A stretch of DNA of 64,000 nucleotides, taken from NCBI GenBank assembly GCA_965112735.1, contig OZ218953.1:5582048-5646047 (forward strand), read 5' to 3'. A program made the translations under genes and the position numbers. The DNA comes from Phaeosaccion multiseriatum (taxonomy: Eukaryota; Protista; Ochrophyta, other classes). Shown here piece after piece: positions 1-11,026 of this stretch; the stretch's first letter is position 1; every line of letters begins with the position of its first letter. Below the pieces are notes generated by a model. That model was not told the origin of the DNA and did not search any database. It saw nothing but the letters and a program-made list of their open reading frames with translations.

Positions 1-558
1 TACGGAAGCCTCCTCGTCCCCCCCAGCAGACGTCGTTCGCCGTCTCTTCTTCCTCCCCTTCCATACCCTGCCCCCCCACGCATCGCCGTCCTCCTCTTCC
101 TCATCGGCGCCCCCTTCCTCCTCCTCTTCTTCGTCCTCCTCTTCTTCTTCCTCCTCCTCTTCTTCGTCTTCTTCTTCTTCTTCTTCTTCGTCCTCCTCCT
201 CCTTGCCCCCCTCTTGGTCTTCGTTTTCCGCGCTTCGCAGCCGCCGCTGCTGCAGAGTATCGCCTCCATCCTGCAGGATGATGTCCTGAAGCTCCTCCAG
301 ATCGACTTCTTCCCTGTCTCCGTCCTCGTAGGTGATGCCATACACCGTCACCGTTGGCGCCTCTTGCTCGCTCCCCGCTGGAGCTTCACACGCAGCCACG
401 GACAGGTCGTAAATGACAGACCCCGTGTAGAACTCCCCATCTGCGAACAGCTTGGACACCTTCTTCTTCATGTAGGGGCTATCGAGACGAGCCCCCTCTG
501 GCGGTGCAGAGTCCAGGCCGTCCTCCTCCTCGTCCATCATGTCGACACTCTCACTCAT
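1..558 (-). CDS. 5' part of an acidic protein with an N-terminal Tudor-like domain (runs off the window start)
   Basis: Manual translation from ATG 558, which has an in-frame stop upstream: MSESVDMMDEEEDG...PYMKKKVSKLFADGEFYTGSVIYD...VYGITYEDGDREEVDLEELQDII, then a long E/D tract. 'V.K.F.DG.FY.G.V...Y.I.YEDGD.EE' is a Tudor-type signature. It is missing from the ORF track because there is no stop in the window. Confidence 0.7.
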   Translation of the reverse strand, partial: MSESVDMMDEEEDGLDSAPPEGARLDSPYMKKKVSKLFADGEFYTGSVIYDLSVAACEAPAGSEQEAPTVTVYGITYEDGDREEVDLEELQDIILQDGGDTLQQRRLRSAENEDQEGGKEEEDEEEEEEEDEEEEEEEEEEDEEEEEEGGADEEEEDGDAWGGRVWKGRKKRRRTTSAGGDEEASV

Positions 559-1666
559 GGGGCTACTCCCTTCTTGGCCCCCTTTGCCTCACGCCCACGC
601 ACAACGACGCCAAAGATCCCTGCTTCGTTGACAAGAGGTGGAGAGAAGGGGGTGGGTGCGAGGACATCGAGTACCAAGTGAAAGAGGGGGAAGAGAGAGG
701 TGTGAAGCAGTTGCCCGTTGAAGCCGGGGGGGGCATCGGGTTTGAGGAGTTGCAGATTAAGAGAGAAGCGCCAGAGGAGAGACCGAGATCCCCACAGCAA
801 ATACTTCATCAGTCCTAAGCAAAGGTGAGGGCGTGCAGAGAGAATCACACAAAAATCTAATCTAATCATTCCTCCCCCCCTCCCGCCAAGGCGGGAAGGC
901 GGATCCACTTCGATTTTGGTATCTTGGCGGCCGCGCCGTCTGTGGAGAAGGAGGAGAGGGACACACTCAGTCTTTCCTCTCCAACCACACTTGTCCCCTC
1001 ACCTCGTTGTTCCCGCCTTGCCTGCCCTGTCTATCCTGCACCCCCCCCTGATGTCCCAACCGTACATCCATCCCGGCTCGGAGTCCGTCCGTTCCTCCCG
1101 GGGTGGAATCCAGGCCTCGAGTTTTATCCCCTTGAGCAGACTCACTTTAGCATTACGAGTATCGACGGCTCGACGTGTGGCGGAGGAATCTGGTGCAGTG
1201 CCTGCTTGATTAGAACGCCGGTAAAGTAGAGGACGTTGCTCGCAATCCCGAGTTCGCTGCCTTAAAGTGTTGAATGGAAGTGCAGGGGAGGGGCAGTGAG
1301 GGGAGGCGCTCGCGACGCACTCGCACCAGGGTGACCCGCCTCGACCGAATCTCTGCGTGAGAAGGGACGGAAGCGCGTGGATAGACTGCCCGTTTTCTGC
1401 GCTGCGATCGCTTTCTCGCAGCTCTTGCGCGGCTTTTCTCGGCCTAGCGGGAGGCGATCACTGTCCAGAGTGGTCGAATTGAGCAGCAGCAGCCGCAGAA
1501 GCGGTAGGCAGCAACAGGAGCACCTCGTCGCGGGAATCGAAGTAGCTGCCACGGTAGCGGCAGTCGCAGCCGTGGCAATGGCCGGCAGTAGGAGTTGTTG
1601 AGTCGGCCCGATCAAGGGAGCGCAGGTGATTGGCGACGACGGTGGGAGGCGTGGCCGCAAGTCGCC

Positions 1667-2834
1667 ATGGCTCCGGCCTCACCAAAGGGTGCGCATACAG
1701 TGTGCCTCGCGAAATGCAAGAATCGCAAGAACATGTTCTGGCCCGCGCGCATTTGCGACGCCGATGAGGTGGATCAGCATTTGGCGGGGGGTGCGGATGC
1801 TGCTGATGACACCGGCACAGCAAGGAAAGCGGGACCGAAGCCGTCGGTGTCTGCGAGTGACGAGGACATGGACCCCAGAAATAACGTGCTGGTACAAATA
1901 TTATGGTAAGTAAGCGCCGGGCGTTGGCTTCGGGAGCGGAGCGAAGGAGAGGGAATTATAGGAATGGGGAGGGAGAGGGACTCCTTTTTTTTCTTTTTTC
2001 TTTTTTCTGTGACGATCTGCTTCTCGCGGCGAGTTGCTTCGCGTGTATGTGAGTGATCCACCAAGGGCAGTACTGCAGCGAGCGGCTTTGGCGGAGAGCA
2101 GCCGCTGCGCGTGGAAGAATCCACGGCCTTCGACTATCCTTTGATTGCCGTGCGTGATTTCTTTTTTTTTCTCATTTTTTTTCGCAAGACCGAGCACGTT
2201 GAGCGAACGCTCTCCTTCATTTCGCCACGCCACGTCTATGGGCTGCGCCGCCTCTCGACCCTTCTCTCCTCGTTTCCCTCCTTCTCTTCTGACCTGCTTG
2301 CCTGCTTTTGCTCCCTGCGTCCCACTCACTTGTCGCCTTGATCCTGACCAATCAGTGAGAGCGGCCACAACTACTTGGACTGGATCCAACCCGACCACAT
2401 CAAGAGATTCGCCGTGGGCTACGGGGGCGGCAATTTGGCGGATCGGACGGGCTTGGTCGATTATCAGGTACGGTTAAAGGTCAAGCAAGTGAGTGCTTGT
2501 AAGACAACGCGGCGGCAGCGTCTCCCAACAGTCGCACGGCTTGCGCGAAGAGCACACACACAATTTTTTCCCTCGCCAGTGTGCCTTTTGTCAGTCTACC
2601 TACTCGCATTTGGTGGGATCTCAATCTCAATCCCCTCCAGCAACACTAGGGGGACACACAGGATAGGACAGGCTCGAAGCTTTTCCTCCCTTTGCTGTGC
2701 ATGCTCTCCTCTTTTCCGCTCACCGCTCCCTGTCCGATGAGCGGAGCTCACTCATCACTCAGCATAGCCCCGCCGAGTAACCACGTCCCCCACACTCCCC
2801 CGGCCTTGCTCTTGTCGCCATGCGTGCTGCCTTT

Positions 2835-2870
<36 letters not shown>

Positions 2871-4207
2871 CTGCCGAGTGCCTGGCTGCCAAGCTTCTCG
2901 AGTGCAAGGCCGAGGAGGAGGAGATTGAGGCCAAGGTCAGAGCCCAGCGGGTCACCCTCGGCCTGCCCGCCCTCGACACAGACTCCGCCAGCAAGGGCGC
3001 CGAGCTGCGCATGCACAGGTACAATAGGGAGGCCTTTAATTTCTACGACGATCAGCTCGAGTGCCCATGGAGGTGCAAAGAGTGTAACCAGCACACGGCA
3101 AGCTGCGGCTGCGAGAAGGGGCTCACGGCGTATATTACTGACGTGCTGACCAAGGGGCCGGACAAGAAGAAGAAGAAGGGCACGTCGGCGCGCAGCAGGG
3201 GCGTGAATCGCTATGTGATGTTCCGCTGCCCTGTGGCCGTGGCGGAAAAGGCCGGCATCAACAGGTCAAAGAAGTGTATGTACTGCAACCCCCCGGGGCA
3301 GCTGATATATATGGTGGAGTGGGGCAAAAAGGACTTTGTGGCGGTGGCGGATCAGGCCTTTGCCGAGCAAGCGCGCCTCGAGGCTATGTACGAGCCTGTG
3401 GACAACAAGCCCACAGCATCCCCCCCCACATCTGCGACTAGGCTTAGGGTTACCGCCGACAGTGGTAGCGGCAGCGGTAGCAGCGGTGAAAGCGGCGGAG
3501 ACTCCTCTATGTTGTCGAGCACCCGGAGAAAGGTGCCTCCCGCCCCGCAGAACCCGGCCGCGCCCCCCTCAGGGGCAGGGGCAGGAGCAGGAGCAGCAGG
3601 AGGAGCGGTGGGGGGGGTGGGCACGAAGAGCAGCAGCAGTCGCCATAGCGGGCCCCTTCGGATACGCAGGTGCAATCAGTGCGAGGGCTGCACGGCCCCG
3701 AACTGCGGCGAGTGCTGGGCCTGCAAAGACATGGTCTTCTTCGGAGGGAGAGGCACCCGGCGCCAGCCCTGTGTGCTACGCTGGTGTAGGGAGAAGGCGC
3801 GCATGCAAGAGGAGGTGAGAGACAAGGGATTTAGAGAGAAGGGAGAAATCGAGGGGGGGGAGACAAAGAAGACTGAGAGAGGGAGAAGTTACGAAACGAG
3901 CAAGAGAGAGCGAGGCGAGACAGAGGACATTCACGCGCTCACACTCGGAGCGTCGCATTCCAGTCTCTTCTCTTCCTCCTCTCTAGACCTGTTGGTGCTT
4001 CGTTGTGTCGTCTCTCTCCCTGTTTCGCGCCTTCTTGATTCTTACAGCAGCGGCAGGCTTTCGAGGATCAGCAGCAAGAGCGGCGAGCTCGAATGGCGGC
4101 AGGTAAGCCCTCCCAGCCGCCAAGAAGGGCCTCCAATCCTACTCCTAGCAGTAGCGCGAGCAGCAGGGCAGCGGCAGCAGCAGCGACGACAGCGGCGGCA
4201 GAAGCAG

Positions 4208-4243
<36 letters not shown>

Positions 4244-7200
4244 CGGCGAGGGGCAAGAGAAACGAACAGCCTGTCGCTCCGATTGACCCCGCTGCCTCGT
4301 TTTCCTCCTCGCGCTCGCTAAGAGCAAAGCGACCGCGCTCGCTCCGCCTGGAGCTGGAAAGTGACCCCTCCTCCGGCCCACGCCTACGGGGCAGCAGCTC
4401 TGCCGCAGCACCGGTGGCGCGCAAGGTCGCGAAGGGGGCAAAGGTGGTGGCGGCTGCTGGGGGGAGCACTGGGGGGAGCTCTGGGGTTAGCACTGGGACT
4501 GCCAAGGGGGGACAGAGTAGTCCGGCGGGCAAAGGGCGCAAGGGAAGGGCTGCGGCAGGGACGGGGACAGGGGTAGGGGCAGGGGCAGCAGTTGGTGATA
4601 CAGGGGCAGGGGCAGAGGCAGGGGCAGGTAGGACGGGTAGAGCGGGCAGGAGGAAGACCGCCGCACAGCTCGAGGCGGAGAAGCGCCAGGAGAGGCACAA
4701 CTTGCTTCTAGAGAAGCTGCGCAGCAATGCGCCGCCGCAGACGCTCTTGACGGAGGAGGAGAGCCAGCAGACGGCGGCGGCTGCCAAGGTAAGACAGCTC
4801 AGTTAGGGGGGACTGACCTACTCACTCACTGACTTCCCTAGAGCTCGACCATTTTACTTCAGTCTGATGAACTAAGGCGAAAGTGTTGCATCATGTGACT
4901 GTACAAAACCCCAAAGGTTATGAAGAAGCAGGCCGTGGCCGTTGTGTGCTCTGCTGCCAAAGACTGCAACCCTTCTCGCGAAAAGTACCGTGACAACGAA
5001 GGCAACATGAAGGTGCGCGACTTTCTCACCAACGGCTTCAGGGTGCTCAAGCTCTGGACAGAACTCAACTCGGTAGAGAGGGGGGGGGAGGGCTTCGGTT
5101 TTCCCATGTGCTCTGTGAATAGAGGTTCGAGGAGAGGAGGAGGAGGAGGAGGGGCAGAGAGGGGAGCGGAAGGGGGAAGGGGAAGCAAAGAAGAAGCAGC
5201 ACCCAAAAGCTCGTGGCTGCAGTCGGCCGGGCGACAAGGACTCCATCCTTTCGCCAAGTATGACTACGGAGTGATGCAAGTGGTCGTGCCGAAGCGCATC
5301 GTCTCTGCGGTGTGGGCAGTGGACCCCTTCGTGGTGGTGCCTGAAATTGGAGCACGGATGGTCTCGGGGCTGAAGAACAATGACCTTGGTCTTGTTCCCG
5401 ATGCCCCGGGTGCGGCCACTGCTGTCCGGGGGGGGCGCAGGAGCCCGCGAGGGAGGGGCTCTGCTGCTTCGCCAGACACCGTGACGGACACTGTGACGGC
5501 ACACTCGTCCTCGTCAGAAGGGAGGGGAGGGAGGGGAGGAGGTGGAGGGGAGTTGGCCTTACCAGACGCTGCCAAAAGGCTGCCCACGAACTTCAATGGC
5601 AAAGCACGCCGCAAGTCATCCTCTTACCGAGGTGTCTCTTTGCAGAAGAAGAAGTGGGTAGCAAGGATTCGTCGGCCTCGGACTGGGGACGATCGAACCC
5701 TTGGACACTACGACACGGAAATGGAGGCGGCGAGGGCGTACGACGCTGTTGCGAAGATTTACTACAAGGACAAGGCCACCCTCAATTTCACAGACGACGT
5801 CGACGCCGGAGAGGCGGCTTTGGCGGCCGCGGCGGCTGCTTCTGCAGCAGCGAAGGAAGACGAAGAGGAATTGCTGGTAGAAACGGGGGGAGAACGCGCA
5901 GGAGTGAAGAGACGGCGAGTGGAGGAGAGCAAGGACGCAGCGATTCTCAACGAGGGTGCGAGAGTGTCCGGAAGAGGAGAAGCTGTGGTGATTGGCGGTG
6001 GGGCTGCCGAGGCGAGCAAGACGGAGGGGGGGGGGCAAGGAGCAGTGGGGGGCGGAGCAGGACAAGGAGGTGGAGGGGTTCATGTCAGCACGGAAGGTGC
6101 TTCGTCCTCGGCCTCCCCGCCTTACAAGGGCGGAGACGGAGAGGTTACACTGCTGGGGAAGAACCAATCGATGGAGGGGACGGAGGGGAAGAAAACAGGA
6201 CCAGTAGACTCAGGAAGGGGCGCTGCAGGTAGTGACAAGTCTGTTGCCGGAAAGTCTCTCCCTAGCACTGAACACGCTGAGAAGGGGGGCTTGGGTGGTG
6301 TCCGTCCTGCAGCCGAAAAGGCGCACGGTGCCACACCCTCAGTGGTCGCTGCTTCCAACGGAGCGAGGCCCGTGGTGGGACCCAATTCTGGCGGGGCCAA
6401 CGGTCCATGCGAGGAGAAGGCGGCTGCTGGGGCTGCTCATTTGAACGGAAGCGCCACAGCCCCTACTAGTCCCACGGCCAGCAGCGGGGCAGGTTTGGGA
6501 AAGAGCGGAGCCGAGAGCGGTGTTGTTGGCGCAGAGGCGACGGCCATGGATGTTGCTGCAGATGGGGTAGGGGTAGTAGGCGGCGGTGTGGAGTCTGGCA
6601 GGAGCGGTGGTGGTGACAGTCTCGCCGCTGATGCTGGCGGTGATGGGGCGAAAGGGGGCAGGAAAGGGCTGGTGCCAGGCCAGGCTTTGCTCTCGTTCTT
6701 GTGCTGCCAACCGCCAGGACGGGATATCAGCGCCGTTGGCACCGACACAAGTCTGCGTGGTGGTGCTTCGCAGTGGTCTCTGGAGGCGCAGGTCCGCGTG
6801 ATGAAGCAGAGGCACCTTGTTGAGAGCATCATGCTGCTCGTGCAGGGGGCGACAGGCTCGAGGCAAGTGGCCCGCTCCAAAGCGTCGGTAGCGAAGGCGA
6901 GGGCACTGGCAGCGACCAAGCCAAGGAAGGGGGCAGGGGGGGTGGGGAGGGCAGCCAAGACGCTGGAGCGGGAGCCAGAGTCCAGTAAAGCAGGAATAGC
7001 GAGAGGAGGAGGGAAGGCGACAGGAGAAGGAGGGGGGGGGGCGGTAGGGAAGACATCGGCCAAGGGAGAGAGGGCATCGAAGTGGGAAAGCTCTAGTTCT
7101 GGAGGGGCAGGAGCGGACGGGAGCAATAAGGAGCAAACCTCCTCCGGGCCACTGTCGAAGGGGAAAGTGGCGAAGGGAGGAGCGGGAGGAGGTGCGCCTA

Positions 7201-7554
7201 TGGGAATGACAGCAGAGGTGGACAAGAGAAGCACGGGAAAGGAAGACGAGACAGGGGCGGGGAAGGGGAAGAAGGCGGGGGGGAAGGCACCTTCTTCCTC
7301 CTCTGTGAGCTCCTCTTTGGTATCCTCTGTAGCCACGGGAGGGGCTTCTGCTGCACGGGTCCCGCCCCCTCCTCCTGTCGCATCGTCTTCTGCCCCTCCT
7401 CGTCCTCCTTCCGCGAAGTCGGCAGGGGGGGTGGCTGCAGCAGCAGTGGCACCAGCAGCACCAGCACCAGCAACAGTAGCAGCAGCTGCAGCAACAGCAG
7501 CAGCGAAAACGACAGCAGCACCAACACCAGCAACCACAACACCACCACCACCAC

Positions 7555-7589
<35 letters not shown>

Positions 7590-9525
7590 AGTGGCAGCAA
7601 TGGCTGCAATGACAGCAAGGAAAGGAGGGGAAAAGCTGCACCTTCATCTGGCCTGCGCTCGTCATCAGCAGCGGCCAAGACCAAGGCTAAGGCCAAGGTC
7701 AACCCCAAGGCCAAAGCCAATGCCAAGCCACAGGCCAAGAAGCTCAGCGGGCGTTCACTTGCCGCTGCCGTGGACGAGGCCCTGGAGATCCTGGAGGTGA
7801 CTCACAGGAGCCTGCAGGAGCTGCTCGATGAGGACGGGGCGGCGGTAAAGGTGGCGTTGGACGGGGCCTTAGAGGAGTATGTGGCACGAGTCAAGACGCA
7901 AGTACAAGTGCTGCGCATGTGTTTGGAGGACGCGCAGACCAACTGTGTGCAGCTCAGGCAGAGAAGGACGGCCAAGGAGGCCCATCTCAACACCCTCGCT
8001 CGCACTCTGCAGATGGGGGGGGGCTTGGCACCAGCAGCGAAAGAGGGCGCTAGTGCAAGTAGTGGGGTTAACAGAGTCGGCACTGGTGGTGGCAGCAGTG
8101 CTACTGCTGAGGGTGGTGGGGGTGGTAGAAGTAGTAGTAGTAGTAGTAGAGGTGGTGATGGTAGTGGTGACAATAGCAGTAGTGGAAAGAAGAGGGGCAA
8201 CAGCAGCGGTGGTGGCGGCACAGGTGGTGCCCAGGTGCAGTCCCTCCTCAGCTCAAACTCTGCACAGCTCGCAACTCAGATCCTCGCGGCGGAGTGGGCA
8301 GATGTGGCCAAGCTCAAGGAGGAGGAGGCGGAGATGCAAGAGGGGCTTAAGGTTATGGAAAGGGACCTCGAGGCCGCGCAGGGCAGACTCGACAAGAAGC
8401 TGCTCGAGGCAAGGGACGGGGAGGCGGCACGCTGGCTCAAGGAGAGGGAGGGGCAGCTGCGCTTGGTGGCGAGGGAGTGGGACGGCCTCCGTGCTGTGCT
8501 CAAGAGACAGGTGAGGGGCCGTGGCCTGTCGGTGGGAGAGGGAGGGAGGGACGAGAGGAGAGGGGGATTGACGGAAAGGAGGGGGGGAATCCCCTTGGTG
8601 TGTCGTTCACGCCACCGTAGAGCCCAGCATTCCTTTCAGCGTCAGCCTTAGCCTCAGCCAGGAGCATGCGCGAGCAAACACACGTCTGATTGTCTTGCTT
8701 CTTGCTGCTGCTGCTGACGTTGTTGTTTCCTGTGAGCAGCTCGAGTCCAGTCGCACGCTTCTTCTCAGTGACTCCGCGTGCCGCGAACATTTGGTGCCGC
8801 CGGAGAAACTGGAGCGGCCCAAACGGATGGACGAGGTGAGAATTGCATACGCTTCTTCCCTCGCGGCTCACGGAAGCGAGGCGGTGGTGCTTTGGTGTCC
8901 CACGAGCGGCTTTGCTTTGCTTTGCCTTCCTGTGGGCAAAATAACGACGGACGATGCGCCCACCCCACCCCCCCCTCCTTTGCCCCTCCCTTCGTACTCC
9001 ATGTGCCTGCCGAAACTTCTTCTCTGTCAACTCCTCCTCCTCCTCCTCGTCGTCGTCGTCGTCGTCGTGGTCGTCGTCATGGTCGTTGTTGTTGGGTCGC
9101 GTAACCTTAACCCCGCTTCTTTCTTGCTTCCATCTCACTCCCATGATTCTTCTGTGTTTCCTTCCTGCCTCCGCCCCCCTCCGCTCTACGACTTCGCCAC
9201 ACCCCACTACACCTTCACACACCACACCACACCACGCTACCCCCCAGGCTGTCCGCGCAATTTCCTTCACCTCCCAGGCCCTTCCTCTTGAGACGCACGT
9301 GAAGGACTTTGTGGACTCGGAGTGGCTCGACATGATCTTCCCCAACGCTCTGCTCAAGCTTGCTCACAGCGTCACTTACGTGGCCCGGCTACAGGACCGG
9401 ATCGCCAAGGCAGGCACCTCGTGGGAGTGCCTCACAGCGGACGACATGAGCGACGACGAGGACCCGGACAGCATGTCGGGCAAGATGAACAGGGACACAG
9501 TGGGCAACCAGAGGTGCGTGCCGGC

Positions 9526-9565
<40 letters not shown>

Positions 9566-10621
9566 TGACTTGTTGATGTCGCCCCGTACCAGGCTGGGGC
9601 GGGAGCTGTGGCTGGGGCTGCTCTGCAGGACGTCCGAAAAGAGTGCCTCAACTCTGTTTCCCTCCCTCTCCCTCTCCCTCTCCCTCTCCCTCTCTCTTTC
9701 TCCGCCTATCCCTTCCCATGATCTGTCCCTTCCTTCCCACGGGACGTGACCAGGTCGTGGGCTGCCGCGCAAGCAGCAGCAGGGTCGGTGATTGAAGCCA
9801 TCGACCGCGTGCTCTTCGGTCGGGCGCACAATGCCTTCTGCGCGGTGCGGCCGCCGGGCCATCACGCGGGCATTCACCTCCACTGCATGGGAGCGGTGTC
9901 GAACGGCTTCTGCTTGATCAACAACGTCGCTCTAGGGGCCATGTACGCACACCACCACCGGGGCCTGGGGAGGATCGCCGTTGTGGACTTTGACGTGCAT
10001 CACGGGAACGGCACGCAGGATGTGCTCTGCCGCACCTACCACCCTTCCTTTCTGTATGCCTCCATCCATGCGCACGGCTGGGCAGAACAGAGTGCAGGGG
10101 GGATGAAGATCTTCCCGGGCACGGGCGGCACTGAGGTGCCTACTCACGACCACGTGCTCAACCTCCCTATCAGCGGCAGGGTCACGCCCTCTGCCTTCCA
10201 CCGCGCCACCACGACGATCTGCGAGGCCCTGGACCGCTTCCGCCCAGACTTGATCTTGCTCAGCTCGGGCTTCGACGCGCACCAGGCAGACCCCTCGAAG
10301 CTGGGCATGCTCGAGGCGAGCGACTTTGGTATCTTCACTAGGAGGATGGTCAATGCAGCGGAGCGGCTCTGCTGTGGCCGCCTCGTGAGTGTACTCGAGG
10401 GGGGCTACGCGCTGGACTGCACAGAGAGCGTGCAGGCGGAGGGCTTGAATGGGAGTCTGGCCCCCGGGGGTGGGAACCCTTTCGCGGTGAAGAGGGTCAA
10501 GCACGCCGGCACGGACAACCCGTTGGAGGAGACGCTCTCAGACTGCATTGAGGCGCATGTACAGGCACTCGTGGACGGCGTCACCATGCGCGTGAGGAAG
10601 GAGGAGGGAGAGGGGCAGTAG
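1667..10621 (+). CDS. Multidomain chromatin regulator: PWWP + Cys-rich region + CXXC zinc finger + AP2 DNA-binding domain + coiled coil + class II histone deacetylase
   Basis: Approximate exons: 1667-1905, 2355-~2490, 2870-3814, 4048-4788, 4863(or 4917)-8510, 8740-8835, 9248-9513, 9754-10621. PWWP: CLAKCKNRKNMFWPARIC...VLVQ. CXXC: RRCNQCEGCTAPNCGECWACKDMVFFGGRGTRRQPCVLRWC (~3665-3787). AP2: SSSYRGVSLQKKKWVARIRR...LGHYDTEMEAARAYDAVAKIYYKDKATLNF (~5616-5790). HDAC motifs: RPPGHHA, NGFC, DFDVHHGNGTQ, GFDAH, LEGGY. The domains are secure; the join of the PWWP/CXXC half to the AP2/HDAC half is inferred. Confidence 0.75.
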
Positions 10622-11026
10622 GCTTGGGAGGGAAGGAGGGAATGGAGAAGGTGCGACGAGGGGAGGGAAAAGGTGCACCACACCTCGAAGATAGATCATG
10701 ATTATGATATTTCGTCCTTGCGGCGAGCTCGTGCAGGCCGGCCGCAAGAGGGGAGAGGGAGGATATGTTCCAAAGTACGCGAGCAAAAGGAAGTAGAAGG
10801 AAGTATAATTGTACTAAATTCCATTTCCCCCAACTTCTTAAAAGCTATTATCTTACAATTAACTATGTACAGTCAAAGGCGCCACTCGACCTCTGCGGTG
10901 TGCTTTTGACTGTGTTACAGCAGGGGGGGCGCTTTGCCCTGCTGCGGGCCCTTTGAGATACATGGCCTGAGGCCACACATGGCCTGAGGCCCGCCCCCTC
11001 ACCCCGCCCCCCCCAGCGCACTCCCA

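Noticed and set aside
4896-4898. Genome-wide reassignment of TGA
   Set aside because: FNR (after the conserved WHVEVY), the tyrosinase, VDR and the carrier all end at TGA, so TGA is a normal stop here.
6339-8221. Long antisense ORFs opposite the chromatin gene (and similar ORFs opposite 27039-31850 and 49587-52484)
   Set aside because: These are shadow ORFs caused by high GC content and trinucleotide repeats, with no recognisable motifs.
10869-10913. Hairpin ACAGTCAAAGGCGC...GTGCTTTTGACTGT in the HDAC 3' region as a SECIS element
   Set aside because: It lacks the AUGA/GA non-Watson-Crick quartet and the apical AA spacing. It is only a ~14-bp stem between convergent genes.
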